From an uncultured Bacteriovoracaceae bacterium (GTDB lineage Bacteria; Bdellovibrionota; Bacteriovoracia; Bacteriovoracales; Bacteriovoracaceae), in NCBI GenBank assembly GCA_964012805.1, contig CAXGUD010000004.1:32001-96000 (forward strand): a stretch of DNA of 64,000 nt, read 5' to 3'. The translations under genes were made by a program, and so were the position numbers. Positions 50,196-60,055 of this stretch are shown here, piece after piece; position 1 is the first letter of the stretch; the number at the start of each line of letters is the position of its first letter. The notes under the pieces were generated by a model, which did no database searches, was not told where the DNA came from, and saw only the letters and a program-made list of their open reading frames with translations.

Positions 50196-52202
50196 TTAAA
50201 ATTGATGGATGATATTGACATAGTGCCTGAAATCATCAAGTTTAAAGCTTCTATTTTGGGAGTTTGATTCTATAAAATAGCGGATTTGGTTATGAGTTTT
50301 AAATTTTTTGGAAAGGCCTAATTCGAGGGTTGAATAATAAGACTTTGTTTTCTTTTTTAAAAGGTCGGCCTTAACATTGTACTTTAAAAAACTCCTCACA
50401 AAGTTAAAGTCAAAACTTGTTAGAAACTCTAAGTTGGGACCTACCTTATAACCCTTTTCAAAGTGTTCACTAAGCTCCATATTCAATCCGCCTAAAAAGG
50501 AGAGGAGGATGTTTTTGTTTTCTCCAAGAATTTTGCTAAAACCAACGCCTAAATTAAATTCAAATTTGTGGTCATTTAAATTGAGCTCTCGTATTTTATA
50601 AACTCCGCCATTAACATACCAGGAGAGCTGAGGGTCGAGAAAATTGTAATCGTAAATAGATTTAAGGTTATAAAGTTCCGCTTTTTCCAGCTCTAATTTT
50701 TTGTTTTTAAAATCATAAAGACCTGTAAAGTGAAAGAGGTCAAGTTGATTAAAGCTCTCAGGCCCTATGGAGTCGTCTAAAAAGTCGTGGTATCCAAATT
50801 TTGCGGAAATGAGAGACTTGACACCGGTTTCACTTTGAAAAGCTCCTATACCTACATAAGAGGGAAGGTGGTAGAGGTCGGGCCTGTTTTTTTTTGTGAC
50901 AGTGAGATTGGGTTTAAAGGAATCGATTTCATCTTTTTGAGCGAGGGCAATGAGGGCCTTTCTGTATTTGATTTTATCTTTCTTGGGGAATTTGTGCTTA
51001 TATTTATTTTTTTGATAATTGAGGTAAGTTACAAAGGTACTTAACGACTCCGTGTACTCTTCGTCCTTATAGTCCTTTACTCCTTTAAGCAACTCTTTAA
51101 AATGATCTTTTTTTGTGGACGCCAGCCGGTTGTATTTTTGAACGAGACTCCTTCTTAGACTTGGTCTCGCAATTCTTTTTTTAACAAGGCCTGGCTCATT
51201 ATTTAAATATTTAATGATTTCAGTTGGCAAGACGTATACCAGATTTTTTTTATGCTTAAGGAGGTTAGGCCTTATAACACCCAAAGACTCAAAAAGAACA
51301 GAAGAGCAGTTCTCATCAGTGAAGTAATAATCAAGGTAAGAGTTCGCATACATTTCCCAGATATGTTTGACAAAAAAGTCGACTTCTTCCTGACTAAAGT
51401 CAAATTCATATTCCCAAAGGTCCCTTGACTCCAAATTATTGTACTCATTAATTTTCGTATAATAGGGAGTCAGTGAAAAGGTACCGTTATAAAAACCAAG
51501 GAGCCCTTTAAAGGCAAAGGCGAAAGAGAGGTCCTCATCTGGAACTTGTGCAGAAAACGTGACGGCGTAGTTCATCATGTCTTTTGATTTGTCGTGGATG
51601 GGGTATTGATTAAATTTAAGCATAGTATGCCCGAACATTGAGGCAGGATTATTAGCGTAAGAGCTTGAGTAGACCATTGAAATGGACTTGGTATTTAAGC
51701 TTTTAAACCAATTATTAAATTGAGGACAGTTTTGATCAATAAACCCCTCTTCTTTGAAATGAGTTTTGAGAAATTGGTACCTGGCCGGAAAAAGGCATTG
51801 AGCATGGAATTGATTATTGACTCTTGTTAGGAAGGCCTTAGGATTCTTGAAGGCCTTGATATTTGCTTTTAACTCAGAAAGGGAATTATATTTACCATCC
51901 TTTGCGAAAAAAAATTCGGGAGCATCAACTAAGCTTTTAGGCCCCCCCCAAAGACTTGGTTTGTAGTAGAGGAGCCTGCGCCATGTCTCTTTTTTAGAGA
52001 TGCTTTCTTTTTTAAATATATTTTCTCTCGGAGCAAGTTTGGCCTCTAGTGAAGAGGCCAAAAGAAAAAAGAAGCAAATAAGAGGAACTAAATTAAATGA
52101 GAGCGCATTCTTTTGAAAGGTAAGGATGGCCCTTAATTGCATTTTTAACATTGTTAAGCAACTCGCTGGATTTGATACTACTTTTGTTGAATAACTTATC
52201 AT
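50196..52202 (-). CDS. DUF4105 (Lnb-like) domain outer-membrane protein
   Basis: CLFPARY, NPASMFGH, RDLWEY and YYFTDENCS motifs; C-terminal beta-strands ending in F. True start uncertain (about 52100-52150). Confidence 0.8.
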   Translation of the reverse strand: MISYSTKVVSNPASCLTMLKMQLRAILTFQKNALSFNLVPLICFFFLLASSLEAKLAPRENIFKKESISKKETWRRLLYYKPSLWGGPKSLVDAPEFFFAKDGKYNSLSELKANIKAFKNPKAFLTRVNNQFHAQCLFPARYQFLKTHFKEEGFIDQNCPQFNNWFKSLNTKSISMVYSSSYANNPASMFGHTMLKFNQYPIHDKSKDMMNYAVTFSAQVPDEDLSFAFAFKGLLGFYNGTFSLTPYYTKINEYNNLESRDLWEYEFDFSQEEVDFFVKHIWEMYANSYLDYYFTDENCSSVLFESLGVIRPNLLKHKKNLVYVLPTEIIKYLNNEPGLVKKRIARPSLRRSLVQKYNRLASTKKDHFKELLKGVKDYKDEEYTESLSTFVTYLNYQKNKYKHKFPKKDKIKYRKALIALAQKDEIDSFKPNLTVTKKNRPDLYHLPSYVGIGAFQSETGVKSLISAKFGYHDFLDDSIGPESFNQLDLFHFTGLYDFKNKKLELEKAELYNLKSIYDYNFLDPQLSWYVNGGVYKIRELNLNDHKFEFNLGVGFSKILGENKNILLSFLGGLNMELSEHFEKGYKVGPNLEFLTSFDFNFVRSFLKYNVKADLLKKKTKSYYSTLELGLSKKFKTHNQIRYFIESNSQNRSFKLDDFRHYVNIIHQF

Positions 52203-52626
52203 AACTTTTCTTCATCGTATTGATAAAATGACTTGGTTTTTGATGGCATCCCATTACTGAAGCAAATTGTTCAACATAGTGACCTTTACCTACGGCCAAT
52301 TCAACTTCTAACTGATCTAAATTTTCTTTAACAAAATGAATTTGTTCATGCTTCTTTTCAACAATGGAATGATAATCACAACCAGAAGTACCAAAGGTCA
52401 TCCCAATGGGAGCAAGTCCTGTGACTTGATTGATAATGCCCCGACTTGTTGCTGATACAAGGCTATAGTCTTTGAAAATATACCAGCCTGGACCACATCC
52501 AGCACTACCATCTTCCGCTTGAGCAAAGTTTTGGAAGGAAAAGAGAATCACCATTATTATTACTTTGAAAAAACCCATTATATTGTCTCCTAAAAAATAA
52601 ATATTTGTTAAAACATTAAACTCCAA
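52093..52626 (-). CDS. DUF3015-family protein
   Basis: GCGPGW, GMTFGTSGC and LAVGKG motifs. Start probably at the second Met (MGFFK). Confidence 0.8.
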   Translation of the reverse strand: MEFNVLTNIYFLGDNIMGFFKVIIMVILFSFQNFAQAEDGSAGCGPGWYIFKDYSLVSATSRGIINQVTGLAPIGMTFGTSGCDYHSIVEKKHEQIHFVKENLDQLEVELAVGKGHYVEQFASVMGCHQKPSHFINTMKKSYDKLFNKSSIKSSELLNNVKNAIKGHPYLSKECALI

Positions 52627-52632
52627 ACAAAT

Positions 52633-53115
52633 CTAAATAATATGGCACCCTTTAGAGAGCTCAAGAGAATCCATGACCTTACTTTTAACTGAGTTAAGGA
52701 GGTAACTTGGATTTGTTTTTGACCCTTGAAATAATTCGCTATAACTTTTTTGCATTGTTTTTGTAAAAGCGCCGACTTTATTTTCACAACCTAAAAGTGA
52801 AGCAAGCTGCTCGACAAATTGTCCCTTCCCTATAGACATTTCAAGTTCTAATTGATCAAGGTTCTCTTCTACAAAATGAATTTGCTTGGATTCTTTTTGA
52901 ACAATTGAGTGCCTCTTGCAACCTGAAGTTCCCGATGTCATTCCATAAGGGGTTGTGAAAGAGTTCGTTGAAAGTCTAACTGAAGAGGATGTAATACTCA
53001 TTCTTTTTGATACTTTCCAGCCTAGTCCACAGCCAGAGCTTTTATCCCTTGTATGACCAAGGTTAATAATTAATAACGGAAAAATGAAAGCGATCATTTT
53101 TAACATTTTTGTCAT
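52633..53115 (-). CDS. DUF3015-family protein (tandem paralog)
   Basis: GCGLGW and GMTSGTSGC motifs; near-identical QIHFV.ENLDQLE segment. Confidence 0.8.
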   Translation of the reverse strand: MTKMLKMIAFIFPLLIINLGHTRDKSSGCGLGWKVSKRMSITSSSVRLSTNSFTTPYGMTSGTSGCKRHSIVQKESKQIHFVEENLDQLELEMSIGKGQFVEQLASLLGCENKVGAFTKTMQKSYSELFQGSKTNPSYLLNSVKSKVMDSLELSKGCHII

Positions 53116-53562
53116 TAAGACCTCCCAAAAAAATTATGTTTTAATCTAACTCTTTTAAATTTTAAAAACTCATTTAAAGGATGATTGAACTTATTATATT
53201 ACGGCTTGAAAAAAACCCAAGGCTTAATTAGTAAGGTAAGATAGGCGTATCCTTTTTATAATTAACCAATCTCGTGGATTAATCTTTTACCAGATTTAGA
53301 AATAAAAAATGATATTTATTAGTTCTAATTATTTAGGGATTAAAAAAACATAGTAAAAAAATCAATATTTAACTATATACTTGATCTTAAAGATAGGAGA
53401 AGACTAACCTTTCAATTCAGTACGTATAGAGATAAAAAAAAGACCATTTAAAAATAATTTAAAACATTTATTAAATAAAAATGCCCCCTTTTTCTAAAAG
53501 GTTGTTAAAATGAAATAAATTGGTCAAAGCGAATTCGTTGGAATTTCTTCTTTCTCTATTCT

Positions 53563-53976
53563 ATGCCGTTTGATTTGATCCAAAACAAAGTATTTGAGGT
53601 AAATATGTTAAAAAAAATTTTAGCAGTAGATGATGAAGCTAATATTGTGGAATTTTTAAAAGAGGCATTAGAATCGACTAATAAGTATTACATTGAAAAA
53701 TGCACCAGTGGATCAGTCGCAGAAATGTTATCAAAAAGCATAAAATATCAGCTTATCGTTTCTGATTATAAAATGCCTCATTTAAATGGAGCCGAATTGG
53801 CCAAAAATATCAGAAATAACGATGGCCCAAACAAAGATGTTCCCATTCTTTTTGCTTCCTCTTACGAGCAAGCCGTTTTGGAGGAAACGAAAGGACTTTC
53901 AGGCATTCATTTCATGAATAAGCCGCTTCTAATTAAAGATCTTTTCCAAAAAGTAGAAGAAATTATTGGTAAATAA
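53563..53976 (+). CDS. Single-domain response regulator (REC)
   Basis: ILAVDDE, SDYKMPHLNG and KP motifs. Likely start MLKK at 53605. Confidence 0.9.
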   Translation: MPFDLIQNKVFEVNMLKKILAVDDEANIVEFLKEALESTNKYYIEKCTSGSVAEMLSKSIKYQLIVSDYKMPHLNGAELAKNIRNNDGPNKDVPILFASSYEQAVLEETKGLSGIHFMNKPLLIKDLFQKVEEIIGK

Positions 53977-54076
53977 TTCCCTTTTTAAAAAAAACTTAAA
54001 AACTTTAAACCTCTTTAACAAGTCTTCGATATTTCTTTAGACATTCCTATCATTCCCTATTTTAAAAGAGGAATTT

Positions 54077-54472
54077 ATGAAGTTACTTTCAGTGGCTCTT
54101 ATTGTTTTAAGCATTATACTGGCCCTTGTTTTAACGGGTCATATAAAAACTTTTATTGATCTTCCAAGCCTTTTAGTCGTTATTTTGCCAGTTCTTGCAA
54201 GCATTCCGGCCCGGCATGGCCTAGAAGGTTTTAAAATATTAATAAATAGTGGTGATGAAAAAAAAGAAGTCCTCCACTCCATGGGAGCAACCGGCATTAT
54301 TTCAGGAGTGTTAGGTTCTCACATTGGCGTTGTTATTATTTTGGCCAATATGAGTAAACCTGATTCCTTAGGCCCTGCTTTGGCAGTTTCTCTTCTACCA
54401 ACTTTTTATGGTCTTTTTATTTTTCTTTTAACAACTGTTATATCCCATTTAAATTTAGGAAATGAATTATGA
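54077..54472 (+). CDS. Short MotA/TolQ/ExbB-like membrane protein 1
   Basis: FIDLPSLLVV; GVLGSHIG...PDSLGPALAVSLLPTFYG. Confidence 0.7.
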   Translation: MKLLSVALIVLSIILALVLTGHIKTFIDLPSLLVVILPVLASIPARHGLEGFKILINSGDEKKEVLHSMGATGIISGVLGSHIGVVIILANMSKPDSLGPALAVSLLPTFYGLFIFLLTTVISHLNLGNEL

Positions 54473-54933
54473 TTATAAAAAGTTTTTCAATCACTTTTAT
54501 AATCTTATGTTTTGTTTTAACCATTTTGTTTAATGCAAATCTAAATTCTTTTTTAGACATTCCTTCCCTTTGGTTTGTTGTTGTGCCAATCCTTTTCCTT
54601 TCATTTCTTGGAAATAAAGGGAGTGGATCAATGAGAAATCCCATAAAGGGACGGGCCATTTCATGGTTTGAACTCATTGGTTACGTCTCTGTTTTTCTTG
54701 GGGTTATAGGTTCTCACATGGGGATGATAAATCTTTATGAAAACTTTGGTGACAAAAGCAGCATAGGACCAGCTTTTGCGACTTTAATTTTGACTTCCTT
54801 TTATGGAATTTTAATTTTTCTTTTTTTCTTTCTTATGGGTCAATATAAGCTGAAAAAGGTCGCAATTTACTTTGTAATAGGTCAGACAGTTATTTTAATA
54901 AATAATATGTTAACTTTATCGTTCGGTTTTTAG
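54469..54933 (+). CDS. Short MotA-like membrane protein 2
   Basis: FLDIPSL; GVIGSHMG...SIGPAFATLILTSFYG. Confidence 0.7.
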   Translation: MIIKSFSITFIILCFVLTILFNANLNSFLDIPSLWFVVVPILFLSFLGNKGSGSMRNPIKGRAISWFELIGYVSVFLGVIGSHMGMINLYENFGDKSSIGPAFATLILTSFYGILIFLFFFLMGQYKLKKVAIYFVIGQTVILINNMLTLSFGF

Positions 54934-54947
54934 GAAAAGGAAAGTGG

Positions 54948-55385
54948 TTGTTATTTATGAAAATTATTTGCGTTTTATTTTTTCTCATTAATATCCTTAG
55001 TTGGATCCTCGTTAATTCGAGTCTTAAATCTTTTGTGGATATTCCATCTCTTATTATTGTCTTTCTCCCTATTTATATGGCAATCGCCTATAGGCACGGA
55101 TGGAAGTCTTTGTTTAGTTTAAAATTTCATACAGACGTTTGGGTAAAAAATGGAAAAGAGCAGGATGGATTATTAAAAACCATTGGCCACACAGCTTTAT
55201 TAACGGGAGCCTTGGGAATGGCGGCTGGTTTAGTCCTCATGTTTTTTAATTCCACTCATCCATTTTCCATAGCTGCCCAAACTAATCCCGCGATGAAAAT
55301 AAGCTTATTAACCTCAACTTATGCACTTATTGTATTTTTAGTTATAGTGTTACTCTATTTTGTTGGAAGGGAGGATCAATCATGA
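54948..55385 (+). CDS. Short MotA-like membrane protein 3
   Basis: FVDIPSL; GALGMAAG...PAMKISLLTSTYA. Confidence 0.65.
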   Translation: MLFMKIICVLFFLINILSWILVNSSLKSFVDIPSLIIVFLPIYMAIAYRHGWKSLFSLKFHTDVWVKNGKEQDGLLKTIGHTALLTGALGMAAGLVLMFFNSTHPFSIAAQTNPAMKISLLTSTYALIVFLVIVLLYFVGREDQS

Positions 55386-55858
55386 TTGGAAAAATGACGG
55401 GTCTATTTATCCTCTTTAGCAGTATTTTATTAAGTATTCTTATGACGTCTAACCTGTCCTTTTTTTTTGATATTCCATCTTTCCTTATTGTCATGACTCC
55501 GCTTCTCATTCTTTTCTTTTTTAAGTTTATTAAAGAAGCGGAAAAAATGAATGGTATAACAAAAGGTAAAGAGGTATCTCATTGGGAACTAATTGGATCC
55601 ACTTCTCTTCAACTTGGAGTTTTAGGTGCTTTTTTTGGCCTTATAATCATGTTTAAAAGTTTAAATAACCCAAGTGCTATTGGGCCTGCCATGGCCATCA
55701 CTCTTCTTTCCATGTTTTATTCTTTAATTGGTTTTTTGGTGTCTTTTTTTATGGGAAATTTCAAGGCAAGACCAACTTACTACTACATCGCCTTTCTTCA
55801 ACTATTTTTTTTGATCAGCGCTTTTTATACTATAGGCCTGTCTTTTAAAAATAATTAA
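55382..55858 (+). CDS. Short MotA-like membrane protein 4
   Basis: FFDIPSF; GVLGAFFGLI.M...NPSAIGPAMAITLLSMFYS. Confidence 0.7.
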   Translation: MIGKMTGLFILFSSILLSILMTSNLSFFFDIPSFLIVMTPLLILFFFKFIKEAEKMNGITKGKEVSHWELIGSTSLQLGVLGAFFGLIIMFKSLNNPSAIGPAMAITLLSMFYSLIGFLVSFFMGNFKARPTYYYIAFLQLFFLISAFYTIGLSFKNN

Positions 55859-55870
55859 GTTCTAAGGTAA

Positions 55871-56677
55871 TTATCCAGACATTATATTTCTTGAATTTAA
55901 AAAGTGAGTAAACCACGGGAAATGTCTTTGCATGAAGACAATAAACTTACCATGACCAGTTATAATGACTTCTTTTTTTCCCTTTAGAATCGCCTTTTTC
56001 ATTTGTAAGGTGGCGCTTTTTGTATCCATAATGATCCAGTCAGGAGCTGGGTCTTTAGCATCGGCCTTATACTGACCTTTATTATTCACAAGCCTAATTT
56101 GAGATTCCACAAGGCCTGGGCAAATAAGAGTGCATTTAACACCGAATTTTTTCATTTCAAAAAAGAGGCCCTCAGAAAGGGCCTTCACGGCAAACTTACT
56201 CATGCAATAGGGAGTCAGTTTGGGGCTTGAGATATAAGAGGCAACACTTCCCAAAAGGGCCAGGTGACCTTTTGATTGAATCAAATGATCTTTAAAAAAA
56301 TAAAAAGTACGGAGGACTCCAAAAACATTAGTTTCAAACTGGTATTTATAATCTTCAACTGTTAATTTACTCACATAACCTTGAACAGGTATGCCCGCGT
56401 TTGCAATGACAATTTTTAAGGTGAGGTTATTTTCATTTACAAAATTCTGCACTTTTTGAAGGTCTTCATCCTTCGTGACATCACATATAAATGTTTCAAC
56501 GCTAATTTTAGAATTGATTTTTAGGCACTTTTCTTTTACCTCATGGAGAAGCTCTTTTCTCCTCGCCAATAAAAGGAGAGAGTAAGAGCTTTCAGCAAAA
56601 TGCATGGCCAAATGAGAGCCTATGCCTGAAGAGGCCCCCGTTATTAAAACGTATTCTTTTTCATTCATAATGATCAC
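55871..56677 (-). CDS. Short-chain dehydrogenase/reductase
   Basis: TGASSGIG, NAG and YCMSK motifs. Confidence 0.92.
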   Translation of the reverse strand: MIIMNEKEYVLITGASSGIGSHLAMHFAESSYSLLLLARRKELLHEVKEKCLKINSKISVETFICDVTKDEDLQKVQNFVNENNLTLKIVIANAGIPVQGYVSKLTVEDYKYQFETNVFGVLRTFYFFKDHLIQSKGHLALLGSVASYISSPKLTPYCMSKFAVKALSEGLFFEMKKFGVKCTLICPGLVESQIRLVNNKGQYKADAKDPAPDWIIMDTKSATLQMKKAILKGKKEVIITGHGKFIVFMQRHFPWFTHFLNSRNIMSG

Positions 56678-56827
56678 TCTTCCTTGGTTATAAAAAACTT
56701 TCTTTCAGCTTATCAGTTTAAACCTTCAAAATATAAAGGAATCGCTCCTTTTTTCAATAAAAATTATTTAAAATTTACCGAGCTCCCTTATCAATTTTTC
56801 AGGGACAGGTGATAAAAAGCCTCTTTT

Positions 56828-57436
56828 ATGGTTAAAGTTAACTGTTACTTAAGAGGTTTTTATATGGCATCTCCATTTGTAATACACAGCTTGACCTTTG
56901 GGGTTTTTTTCTCATTTTTGAGTTATGACCTCCTCTTTTATAAATGGTACCAAAGAGGTGATGGAAAAGAGGATAAGCATACATCCACTCTTCTTCAAAT
57001 GTTTCTTTCTTTAAACCTTATCTTTTCCTTTTTTTGCTTTTTCAAAGGGCTTCATTTCTCTCATGAAAGTCATGCGGTTTTAATGCTCCTAGGACTCATC
57101 CTTTGTCTTTGTGGTTTATATATACGTGTTTGGGCGATTAAAACCCTTAAGAGTATGTTTTCCTGGAAAATAAGCATTCAAAAAGACCACAAGCTAATTA
57201 AAAATGGTCCTTATAAACTGGTACGCCACCCAAGTTATTCTGGTGGGTTGTTGGCCATTTTCGGTTTTAACTTGGCACTTGGAGCATGGCCTGCTCTTAT
57301 CCTTTTTATGATGACTTATTTGCCTGTCCTTCTGATAAGAGTCAAATCAGAAGAATTGGTCTTAGGTCAATATTTTAAAAATGATTACGAGGAATATAAG
57401 AAAACGTCCTACTCCTTAATTCCTTTTCTTTTTTAA
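56828..57436 (+). CDS. Isoprenylcysteine carboxyl methyltransferase (ICMT/Ste14) family protein
   Basis: HKLIKNGPYKLVRHPSYSG and EE..L..YF...YEEY motifs. Confidence 0.88.
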   Translation: MVKVNCYLRGFYMASPFVIHSLTFGVFFSFLSYDLLFYKWYQRGDGKEDKHTSTLLQMFLSLNLIFSFFCFFKGLHFSHESHAVLMLLGLILCLCGLYIRVWAIKTLKSMFSWKISIQKDHKLIKNGPYKLVRHPSYSGGLLAIFGFNLALGAWPALILFMMTYLPVLLIRVKSEELVLGQYFKNDYEEYKKTSYSLIPFLF

Positions 57437-57457
57437 CTAAAAATAATTAAAAAAACT

Positions 57458-58513
57458 ATGAATGATTTAAAAAAAATAAGGCATAAGGTTGATATATCAA
57501 AGTATAAAAAAGATAGGACTCTTTTTATTCACTTTTTTATTCACCTTTTTATTTTCTTAGGTCTCATGAGCTTTGTCATGCTCTCTCCAGAGCTTCACTG
57601 GGCACTTTATTTTTTATTTATTATCGTGGTTGGAAATAGTATGCTCGTCATGTCTTTTGCGGCCCATGAAATGAGTCATGGTGGTGGAGGGCTCAAAAAA
57701 GGATGGACTTTAAAAACTCTCATCCATTTTGGATGGTTGGGCGGGGTGTTTACAACCGGAACAAATCAGACCGTTGCTCATAATAGACTTCATCATATCC
57801 ACACCAATAAATTAAATGACCCTGATAGAAGAGTTCTTCAAAAAGAAGTATCTCCTTATGGGAAATGGGCCAGTCTTTTTTCTTTTTTTGTTCCAAGTCA
57901 TCATTACCCTAAAATGACCTTTCTTTATGGCTTTGCTTTTCTGATCTTTTCTTACCACAATAACCTTTTTTGGCAGACTCTTTTCAATTCAAAACAAATT
58001 TATGACCTTCGTTTAAGTGTTAAAGATAAGCTTAAAACCTCCCTTGAGTACTTTTCAAACCTTTTGGTTTATGGACTCTTTTGGTCTATGAGTGGCTTTA
58101 GTTTTAAAGGCCTGGCCTTTATAGGGTTTTCCTATTTTGTTGTGGCCTGGTTATCAGGGTTTTATATTATTACAAACCATTTAAATTGCAGTCTTTTAGA
58201 TCAAGAGATGGATAGCTTTGAAAACACTTTGAAAACCACCGTATCGCTTGAAATACCAAAGTGGATTGATTTCCTCCACCTTTACTTTTCTCACCATGTT
58301 GAACACCACCTTTTCCCAGCAGCAAGTCACAAACTATTTCCCGAATTAAGAGAGGCCCTTCTTAAAGATTTTAAGGATGAATATAAAATACTATCCTGGT
58401 CGAAGGCCATAAGACTTATTCTAGAAAGACCTATATTTTTAGTTGATAAAGATACAATAGCTGACTGGGATGGGAAAAATATAAAAAGAGTTGCCTTTGT
58501 TAGAAAGGCATAA
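57458..58513 (+). CDS. Membrane fatty acid desaturase-family protein
   Basis: Three His boxes: HEMSH, HNRLHH, HHVEHHLFP. Confidence 0.88.
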   Translation: MNDLKKIRHKVDISKYKKDRTLFIHFFIHLFIFLGLMSFVMLSPELHWALYFLFIIVVGNSMLVMSFAAHEMSHGGGGLKKGWTLKTLIHFGWLGGVFTTGTNQTVAHNRLHHIHTNKLNDPDRRVLQKEVSPYGKWASLFSFFVPSHHYPKMTFLYGFAFLIFSYHNNLFWQTLFNSKQIYDLRLSVKDKLKTSLEYFSNLLVYGLFWSMSGFSFKGLAFIGFSYFVVAWLSGFYIITNHLNCSLLDQEMDSFENTLKTTVSLEIPKWIDFLHLYFSHHVEHHLFPAASHKLFPELREALLKDFKDEYKILSWSKAIRLILERPIFLVDKDTIADWDGKNIKRVAFVRKA

Positions 58514-58521
58514 AGATGCCT

Positions 58522-58899
58522 CTATTTTTCGAGAACCTTTTTTAAAATATTAATTAAATGTTCTTGCTTAAACGGTTTTTTAAGATAATCGTTTTTAATA
58601 TTTTCCTCATAAAATCCTTTAAAGCAGTCATATTTTTCAGGTTGATCAGTAGACATCATAACAAAAGGAATTAAAAGCTCATTCCTTTTGATGTAATCGT
58701 AGACTGTTCCACCATTTCCATCTTTCATTCTATAGTCGCAGAGGACAACTTCGATATCTTTTTCTTTTTCTAAGAGTTTTATGGCATTGTTTCCACAGTT
58801 TGCTTGAAGGATTTCAAAAGAATATTGAGCGCTTATGAAGTGGGCCAACAAAAACCTAATGGCATCTTCATCATCAACTATGAGAATTTTTTTATTCAA
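58522..58899 (-). CDS. Single-domain response regulator (REC)
   Basis: ILIVDDE, CDYRMKDGNG and KPF motifs. Confidence 0.88.
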   Translation of the reverse strand: MNKKILIVDDEDAIRFLLAHFISAQYSFEILQANCGNNAIKLLEKEKDIEVVLCDYRMKDGNGGTVYDYIKRNELLIPFVMMSTDQPEKYDCFKGFYEENIKNDYLKKPFKQEHLINILKKVLEK

Positions 58900-59059
58900 A
58901 ACTTTATCCTAGAAAAGAAAAGAGATCATCTCTATTATATCCAATTAAAATAAGGTTCATAGAAATGAGAATATTTACCTCTTCATTTTTCACTCAATAT
59001 TAACAATTCATACAAATATCTAATTTAATCAGTTTTTGATATTTATAAATTTTATTATT

Positions 59060-60043
59060 TCAGTTCTTTTTACTCAGAGCTTTAATAAGTTCATAAAGAT
59101 AACCCTTCAATTCGGACCTTAATGATTTATATTCTTTTAGATCCTTCTGCTCCTTTTTTGGAATAAGGTCATGATAAGACCTAAACTTTTCTATATCTCT
59201 TAAAAGCCTTTGAATAGAGCTTATTTCAATTTTGACCCTTGACTCAAAATCTCTAATCCGCTTCCTTTTAAGAATATTTATTTTAGAGTTTGGCCTTTTT
59301 AAATCCATCTTTGAAAACTTCATGATAACAAAGCCTTTATAAAGCTTCGCTTTTTCTTCATATGATAATTTTTGAGGATCATAAGAATTATTCTTCAGTT
59401 TACTTTGAGCAAATTTACTTATTCTACCAATTCTAGGAAGTTTTTTGCTAAGCTTGCAAACTTTACCTGATAAAAGACCCCTTGAAATTGTCATGGAAAA
59501 ATCTTTAATTGTTCTTCTGCTTGGAACCTTTTGAGAAACGAAAAGAAATTCTTTTTTAAGTTTTTTTCCTGAGCAATCATCACCATTAGCGCAAGCTACA
59601 GCTTCTAAAGCAAACCCAGCATTATCCATTCTATTAGAGACGTGAAAAGCAACAACCATAGCAATGGGAACGGGGGCGAGATAAATTCCTGGAATAGCAG
59701 CACCTAAGGCAAACATGACAGGCGCTCCTGACAAAATATGTCCCGCTGTAAGACTTCGTGTAATTCCATATATAATCCATAGTCCTCCGCCAAGAGTTCC
59801 TGAGGCCAGGCTTAAACCTCCATAGGTTCCTAAAATACCCTTTTTAAATCGTCCTTGGATTTTCTTTTTCTTTAATCCTTTTTTATCAAATTCATCAAAA
59901 CAAGGTGAGGCCCTGAAAAAAGGGGACAGATAATTTTGATAAGTAATGACTTCCTCTTTCTTTTTTGAGTAAGCCGCCACTGTATTAAAAAGAAGAAGAC
60001 TGGCCAAAAAAATGAGCTTCAATTTGAAATTTAATTTTTTCAT
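59060..60043 (-). CDS. Secreted hypothetical protein (tandem paralog A)
   Basis: Signal peptide; Gly-rich hydrophobic hairpin; 327 aa. Confidence 0.75.
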   Translation of the reverse strand: MKKLNFKLKLIFLASLLLFNTVAAYSKKKEEVITYQNYLSPFFRASPCFDEFDKKGLKKKKIQGRFKKGILGTYGGLSLASGTLGGGLWIIYGITRSLTAGHILSGAPVMFALGAAIPGIYLAPVPIAMVVAFHVSNRMDNAGFALEAVACANGDDCSGKKLKKEFLFVSQKVPSRRTIKDFSMTISRGLLSGKVCKLSKKLPRIGRISKFAQSKLKNNSYDPQKLSYEEKAKLYKGFVIMKFSKMDLKRPNSKINILKRKRIRDFESRVKIEISSIQRLLRDIEKFRSYHDLIPKKEQKDLKEYKSLRSELKGYLYELIKALSKKN

Positions 60044-60055
60044 TGACTGAACCTA

